From the NCBI GenBank assembly GCA_027619655.1, contig JAQCHR010000001.1, forward strand, positions 1 to 45,020: 45,020 nt of DNA, read 5' to 3'. The translations under genes were made by a program, and so were the position numbers. How positions within the stretch are numbered: the first letter of the stretch is position 1; every line of letters begins with the position of its first letter. Under the pieces are notes generated by a model. It saw nothing but the letters and a program-made list of their open reading frames with translations, searched no databases and was not told the origin of the DNA. The stretch is from Pseudomonadota bacterium (lineage in GTDB: Bacteria; Pseudomonadota; Alphaproteobacteria; UBA8366; GCA-2717185). This document shows positions 39,831-45,020 of this stretch, piece after piece.

Positions 39831-41111
39831 CTAGTCCTGCTTTCCATCATCACGATCGTCGAGGCGGAATATCAGCCGAAGCATCTGTTCCACCGATTGC
39901 AAATCCGTCTCTCCGCCGCGCGCCGACGCCAATTCCCGCATGACGCGGCTCGGCTCATGCAGCAGGCGGCCAATCAGCCGCCGTGTGGTTTCCGCGGCAT
40001 CCGCGTCCGGGGTCTCCGCCAGGATTTCCCGTCGCAGCACCTCGAAATGGTCGCGCAGCGCGACGATCGCCGGCGCCGCATCGCGGCCCGCGTGGGCGCG
40101 GCGCCATGATTCCACTTCCTGGTCAACGATGTCCCAGGCCGCGGTGGAAGCGGCGCCCCGTGTCGAGCGGCCCTCCATCGCGACTCGTTCCAGATCGTCC
40201 AGCGTATACAGGAATGCGCCGTCGAGGTCGCCTACCGCAGGATCGACATCGCCCGGCACGCCTGCATCGATCAGCAGGACCGGCCGAAACCGCCGCCGGC
40301 GCAAGGCATGCCGCATCGAGTCCTCGCCAACCAGGAACTGCCCGGTTCCCGCCGCCGTCACGACGATTTCGGCATCGCTGAGTGAATCGTCAAGCATCTC
40401 GTAGGGGATAAAGTGAAAGCCGCTGCGGCGGGCGGCCGCTTCGGTGCGCCGCGACGGCCCGCATTGCATGATGCGGGTGACGCCCATGGCGCGAAACTGA
40501 TTGACGACAATGTCCGCCATGTCGCCGAGGCCGATGACCAGCACCGCCGATGCCGAAAGATCACCCTGCACATCGCGGGCGATCCGGCCCGCCGCCGATG
40601 CGATGGACACCGGCCGGCGGCCGATCTCCGTTTCCGTCCGGACGCGCTTCGCCGTCGTGTAGGCCGCCTGCAGGATCGCATCGAGTTCCGGCCCGATCAT
40701 GCCATGGGCCTGTGAAAAGCGGTGGGCTTCGCGGACCTGGCCCAGAACCTGCGGTTCGCCGATGGTCTGGCTGTCCAGGGAGGCGGCGACCGCGAAGATG
40801 TGCCTTACCGCCGCGTCGCCGGAAAGGTTATAGACCTGGTCGGCAAGATCGCTTTCCGCCAGGCCGGCGTTGCGGGCCAGCAGGGCGCGGACGGTATCGC
40901 GCGCGGCGTCCGCATCCGTCACGACGGATTGCACCTCCACCCGGTCGCAAGTGGACATGACGATCGCCTGGGCAATGCCCGTCCGGGCCAGTTGCTCGAA
41001 AACCAGCGGGGCCTTTGCTTCATCGACGAACAGCCTGTCGCGCAACCCGACTGTGCTGGAACGATGGTTCGCCCCCGCCACGAACGCCAGCGCCCGCGTT
41101 CCCGCCGGCAT
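39831..41111 (-). CDS. hemA: glutamyl-tRNA reductase (C5-pathway HemA), motif-divergent
   Basis: 426 aa. Motifs seen: GANHRSSTVGLRDRL, STCDRVE (catalytic Cys context), GEPQVLGQVRE, RVRTETEIG, YTLDDLE. Its stop is directly abutted by the prfA ATG (TAGATG). Confidence 0.85.
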   Translation of the reverse strand: MPAGTRALAFVAGANHRSSTVGLRDRLFVDEAKAPLVFEQLARTGIAQAIVMSTCDRVEVQSVVTDADAARDTVRALLARNAGLAESDLADQVYNLSGDAAVRHIFAVAASLDSQTIGEPQVLGQVREAHRFSQAHGMIGPELDAILQAAYTTAKRVRTETEIGRRPVSIASAAGRIARDVQGDLSASAVLVIGLGDMADIVVNQFRAMGVTRIMQCGPSRRTEAAARRSGFHFIPYEMLDDSLSDAEIVVTAAGTGQFLVGEDSMRHALRRRRFRPVLLIDAGVPGDVDPAVGDLDGAFLYTLDDLERVAMEGRSTRGAASTAAWDIVDQEVESWRRAHAGRDAAPAIVALRDHFEVLRREILAETPDADAAETTRRLIGRLLHEPSRVMRELASARGGETDLQSVEQMLRLIFRLDDRDDGKQD

Positions 41112-41118
41112 AACGCCG

Positions 41119-42363
41119 CTAACGATAGCGGGCGAGGTAATCCGGGAGGGAGGTGAGCGGCACCTCTTCCTGCTCGCCCGTATCCATGTGGCGCACGGTC
41201 ACCGCGTCCCGCGCCAGTTCATCCTCGCCGAAGATCACCGCGGCGCAGACATTGAGCTTGTTTGCGCGCTTCATCCGGCGGCTCAGATTGCCGCTATAGG
41301 CGATCTCGATACGGTATTCGTTCCGGCGCAGCTTTTCCGACAGAACAAGGGCCGCTTGCTGGGCGACGTCGCCAACCGGCACCACGGCGATTGCCCGCGG
41401 CCGCGGCGGCGGATCGCCGCACAGCATCGCCAGCCGTTCGATGCCGCCGGCCCAGCCGATACCCGGCGTTTCGGACCCGCCCATCATCCCGATCAGCCCG
41501 TCATACCGGCCGCCGGCAATCAGCGCACCCTGGGTGCCGAGTGCCTCGGTCGTGAACTCGAACGCCGTGTGGCAGTAATAATCCAGCCCCCGCACCAGCC
41601 GGGGATTTATGGTATAGGCGATGTCCAGCGCATCCAGCCCGGCACGCACTGCGGCAAAATGGTCGCTGCTTTCCCCATTCAGATAATCGGCAAACAGCGG
41701 CGCACCGGCAATGATCTTGCGATCGCCTTCGTTCTTCGAATCCAGGATCCGCAGCGGATTACGCGTCAGCCGGTCCTGGCTGTCCTGCGACAGGTCGGCG
41801 GTAAATCCGCTGAAGTATTCGACCAGCGCGTCACGATAGGCGGCTCGGCTTTCCGTATCGCCTAGCGTGTTCAGCTCCAGCGTCGCCAGGCCGATCACGC
41901 CCAGTTCGTCCAGCACGCGGGCGCCGCAGGCGATGACCTCGATATCGGCCTGCGGCTGCGCGACGCCGATCAACTCGATCCCGATCTGGTGAAACTGGCG
42001 CAGGCGTCCCTTCTGCGGGCGCTCGTAGCGAAACATCGGCCCGCTGTAGAACACCTTGACCGGCACCTGCTGCCCCAGCCCCGCGGAAATGAAACTGCGC
42101 GCGATGCCGGCCGTGTTTTCCGGGCGCAGGGTCAGTTCGTCGCCGCCCTTGTCGGTGAAGGTATACATTTCCTTGGTGACGATATCGGAGGTATCGCCGA
42201 GGGTCCGCTTGAACACCTGGCTGAATTCGAATATCGGCGTCGATACTTCCTCGAACCCGTAGCGCAGGGCGGTGGTACGCGCGGTTTCGGTCACCCGGTT
42301 GTGGGCGCGTGTCTCGTCGGCCAGTAAATCATGCGTGCCGCGAACGGGTTGGAGCAGGGCCAT
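41119..42363 (-). CDS. hisS: histidine--tRNA ligase
   Basis: 414 aa, class II aaRS, with a HisRS-typical head (MALLQPVRGTHDLL) and motif blocks (MFRYERPQKGRLRQFHQ, GGRYDGL). Confidence 0.95.
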   Translation of the reverse strand: MALLQPVRGTHDLLADETRAHNRVTETARTTALRYGFEEVSTPIFEFSQVFKRTLGDTSDIVTKEMYTFTDKGGDELTLRPENTAGIARSFISAGLGQQVPVKVFYSGPMFRYERPQKGRLRQFHQIGIELIGVAQPQADIEVIACGARVLDELGVIGLATLELNTLGDTESRAAYRDALVEYFSGFTADLSQDSQDRLTRNPLRILDSKNEGDRKIIAGAPLFADYLNGESSDHFAAVRAGLDALDIAYTINPRLVRGLDYYCHTAFEFTTEALGTQGALIAGGRYDGLIGMMGGSETPGIGWAGGIERLAMLCGDPPPRPRAIAVVPVGDVAQQAALVLSEKLRRNEYRIEIAYSGNLSRRMKRANKLNVCAAVIFGEDELARDAVTVRHMDTGEQEEVPLTSLPDYLARYR

Positions 42364-42402
42364 GGAATATTGCCGTCAGTGTTGCCGTATCGGATTGGCG
42401 GC

Positions 42403-42420
42403 GAATGTGCTCGCACATTC
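42403..42420 (-). other. 7-bp stem-loop between the RodZ-like gene and hisS
   Basis: GAATGTG / CACATTC with a 4-nt loop and no U tract. It could be a weak terminator, an attenuator or an RNA-stability element. Confidence 0.25.
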
Positions 42421-42440
42421 CCGAAAGATCAAGCGCCGGG

Positions 42441-43532
42441 TCAATGCAGGGCGGTTCGCGTCTTCTGACGGGTCGCCGTGCCGGATTTCAGCAGCTCGGC
42501 GTCCAGCTGGACTTCCTTCATGACCGCGCCCTTCGACCCGATCCGGGGAATGACGTCGCCGTCGACAAGAATATCCAGCCCGCCGGCATTTCCGGTGCGC
42601 ATGACAAGGCCCGGGTCATTGGGAACGCGGTAGCTGTCGCCGGTGCGCAACAGGCGGGTCAGCAGCAGGTTTCCATTGCTGTCCCGAACCTGTACCCAGA
42701 CTTCCGCCGCCGCACGCAGCACGACGCGCGCGTCCGTATTTTCCTCGCCGTATTCGCGCGGCGTGGTGGTATCGATGGGCGGCGGCGCGGGCGGCGCCGG
42801 CAGCGCCGTCAGGTCGATCCTGGCGGGCGCCGGTTTCGGCGCGTCCTCGGCCAGAGCGACAACCGGCGGTGAAGCGTCCGACGACACCACGGGCGGCGCA
42901 ACATCGCCGCTTTCCGCTGGATTCGGCGCCGATGCCGCCGCGGGTTTGGCTGCATCCGGCGTTGCAACGGAAACCGCCTCCTGGCGATCGCTGGCCGGCG
43001 GCTCGGCCGGGGCCGGTGCGGCGCTCTCCGGCGCCGCGGGTTCGGATTTGCCGATCAGCGCCAGAAAGCGTTCCGGCAAGGCCGGCACGAGTTCCGCAAT
43101 CGGACGATCCTTCGATGACAGGAAAACCCATCCGCCATAGACAAGCGCCGCAACAACGATCGACACGAGCAATATGGCGCCGCTCGGCACCTTGCCTTCG
43201 GATTGCGGCGACGGGAAAACGAGACGCGCCTCTTTTGCGAGCTCCGCCGTTTCCTCCTTGAAGCGATCGACGATTGCCGGTCCGTCGAGCTTCAGCAGGT
43301 CGGCATAGGCGCGCACGAATCCAACCGCGTATGTCGCGCCAGGCAGGTCGTCGAGCCTGTCTTCCTCAATCGCGGCAAGATAAACATAGCGGATCCGCAA
43401 GCGGTCGGCGACGTCCCGCAGGTCGTAACCGAATGCTTCGCGCTTCTGGCGCAAAAACTGGCCTGCCGTCTCCCGAACCGGGGATTCGGCGGCTTCATCA
43501 ATCTGCCTGGTCTCTTGCCGTCGTTTCAACAT
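42441..43532 (-). CDS. RodZ-like protein (XRE-type HTH, TM segment, Pro/Ala-rich linker, DUF4115-like C-terminus)
   Basis: 363 aa. N-terminal HTH (LRQKREAFGYDLRDVADRLRIRYVYLAAIEE), one TM helix (AILLVSIVVAALVYGGWVFL), a low-complexity PA-rich linker, and a conserved C-terminal beta-rich domain. Confidence 0.75.
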   Translation of the reverse strand: MLKRRQETRQIDEAAESPVRETAGQFLRQKREAFGYDLRDVADRLRIRYVYLAAIEEDRLDDLPGATYAVGFVRAYADLLKLDGPAIVDRFKEETAELAKEARLVFPSPQSEGKVPSGAILLVSIVVAALVYGGWVFLSSKDRPIAELVPALPERFLALIGKSEPAAPESAAPAPAEPPASDRQEAVSVATPDAAKPAAASAPNPAESGDVAPPVVSSDASPPVVALAEDAPKPAPARIDLTALPAPPAPPPIDTTTPREYGEENTDARVVLRAAAEVWVQVRDSNGNLLLTRLLRTGDSYRVPNDPGLVMRTGNAGGLDILVDGDVIPRIGSKGAVMKEVQLDAELLKSGTATRQKTRTALH

Positions 43533-43734
43533 CGCACGCCAATCAAATCAGACGATGGAACCTGCGCGTCCCCATCCTGTGTTATCCGCAGTACAAATCG
43601 GGAACAATATCGAAATCATTGTGGAATACTATAATTGCGATATTTCAGCGCGTTAACAATATTCAAACGGCTCTGTACTGGCAATACCAATATATTCTCT
43701 ATAAATCCGAAAAATTACACTTGCCTTAACATAA

Positions 43735-44955
43735 TCAGTCCGCGTCGAGACCATACGCCGTGTGTAAAGACCGCAAGGCAAGCTCCGTGTATTCCTCGGC
43801 GACAAGGACGCTTATCTTGATTTCCGAGGTTGAGATGACTTGTATATTGATGCCCTTTTCAGACAGCGCTTGGAACATGGTCTTGGCCACGCCCGCATGC
43901 GAGCGCATGCCGACGCCGATGACGGAAACCTTGACGACATTCGGATCGACCTTGAGCGCGCCGTAATTGATCGCCGGCCGGATGCGTTCCAGAATCGACA
44001 CCGCGCGCTGGTAATCCGCCTTGCCAACGGTGAATGTCATGTCGGTGTGGGTACCATCCGCCGATACGTTCTGGACGATCATGTCGACATTGACGCTGGC
44101 ATCGGATAGCGGACCGAAGATTGCGGCGGCGATCCCCGGCTGATCCTCGACTCCGACCAGGGTGAGCTTCGCTTCATCACGGCTATAGGCAATACCGCTT
44201 ACGACCTGCTGTTCCACGATTTCATCCTCGTCTACGACAAGCGTGCCCGGCAGATCCTCGAATGTCGATAAAACCTGCAGACGCACCCTCTGGTTCATTG
44301 CCAGCTCGACGGCGCGGGTTTGCAGCACCTTGGCACCCTGCGACGCCATTTCGAGCATTTCCTCATAGGTAATCCGGTCGATTTTCCGGGCCCGGGAGAC
44401 GATCCGCGGATCCGTTGTGTAAACACCATCGACATCGGTGTAGATGTCGCATCGCTCGGCATTCAGCGCGGCCGCCAGCGCGACAGCCGTCGTATCCGAC
44501 CCGCCGCGACCCAGTGTGGTAATCCGTCCGCCCGGCGAAATTCCCTGGAATCCGGCCACCACGGCGACCTGCCCCGAAGCGAACCGGCTGACGATGCCCT
44601 CGACATCGACGCCCGTGATCCGCGCCTTGCCATGCACATCGTCCGTGTGGATCGGCACCTGCCACCCCAGCCAGGACCGCGCCTGGATGCCGAGGTTCTG
44701 CAAGGCCAGCGCCATCAGGCCACAGGTCACCTGCTCGCCGGTCGCGACGACGGTATCGTATTCCCGCGTATCATGCAGCGGGCTGATCGCGTTCACCTTG
44801 GCGACGAGGTCATTCGTGATGCCGGACATGGCCGACAGCACGACGGCAACTTCATTGCCGCGGTCGTACTCCCGCTTTACGAGGTTGGCGACATGCCGGA
44901 TGCGATCGAGATCGCCCACTGACGTGCCACCGAATTTCTGTACAATGCGTGCCAT
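43735..44955 (-). CDS. lysC: aspartate kinase
   Basis: 406 aa from ATG 44955 (MARIVQKFGGTSVG). Amino-acid kinase domain plus two C-terminal ACT-like repeats. Confidence 0.95.
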   Translation of the reverse strand: MARIVQKFGGTSVGDLDRIRHVANLVKREYDRGNEVAVVLSAMSGITNDLVAKVNAISPLHDTREYDTVVATGEQVTCGLMALALQNLGIQARSWLGWQVPIHTDDVHGKARITGVDVEGIVSRFASGQVAVVAGFQGISPGGRITTLGRGGSDTTAVALAAALNAERCDIYTDVDGVYTTDPRIVSRARKIDRITYEEMLEMASQGAKVLQTRAVELAMNQRVRLQVLSTFEDLPGTLVVDEDEIVEQQVVSGIAYSRDEAKLTLVGVEDQPGIAAAIFGPLSDASVNVDMIVQNVSADGTHTDMTFTVGKADYQRAVSILERIRPAINYGALKVDPNVVKVSVIGVGMRSHAGVAKTMFQALSEKGINIQVISTSEIKISVLVAEEYTELALRSLHTAYGLDAD

Positions 44956-44987
44956 GAAACCTGAATTCGTTCGATTGACCGGCGCCC

Positions 44988-45013
44988 AAAAAAAGCGGCG
45001 TATGCATACGCGC
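44988..45013 (-). terminator. intrinsic terminator of the gene lying beyond the window end, upstream of lysC
   Basis: The minus strand reads GCGCGTATGCATACGCCGC followed by TTTTTTT. That is a GC-rich palindromic stem (GCGTA/TACGC core, 4-nt loop) plus a 7-U tract. Confidence 0.55.
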
Positions 45014-45020
45014 ATGATGG

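Overview
GC-rich 45,020-bp window; hand counts of sampled 60-nt lines give roughly 60-65% GC in most genes. It reads as a densely packed core chromosomal segment of an alphaproteobacterium. The supporting synteny markers are TIGR02302-lysA-lipoprotein-argH/tlpA, etfBA-hbd, PduO adenosyltransferase plus a HIG1-like small protein, DUF4167, type II thrB-rnhA, the ctaCDB-ctaG-ctaE-DUF983-SURF1 aa3 oxidase cluster, thrC-M16 peptidase-GNAT, and prfA-prmC. I support 46 protein-coding genes, one of them 5'-partial and one a 57-aa ORF below the track cut-off. I also list a few hairpins, terminator-like elements and palindromes. I found no rRNA, tRNA, CRISPR array, transposase, integrase or phage gene. 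I do not see a convincing novel multi-gene system; almost every gene is housekeeping and in a familiar neighbourhood. The leads I would follow up are: (1) an RraA-family gene cut by an in-frame TAG, with a still coding-like 42-codon continuation; (2) a single ORF fusing a di-[4Fe-4S] ferredoxin-like domain to a GNAT acetyltransferase; (3) a motif-divergent glutamyl-tRNA reductase (C5 pathway) tightly coupled in a hisS-hemA-prfA-prmC string, in a lineage expected to use ALA synthase; (4) a low-GC single membrane-protein gene bracketed by an 11/12 direct repeat; (5) a nested, alternative-pairing palindromic structure built from four copies of one 10-mer between etfA and hbd; (6) two long non-coding, structured gaps flanking the DUF4167 gene. 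All family assignments come from reading the translations and from memory of family motifs. No database search was run.
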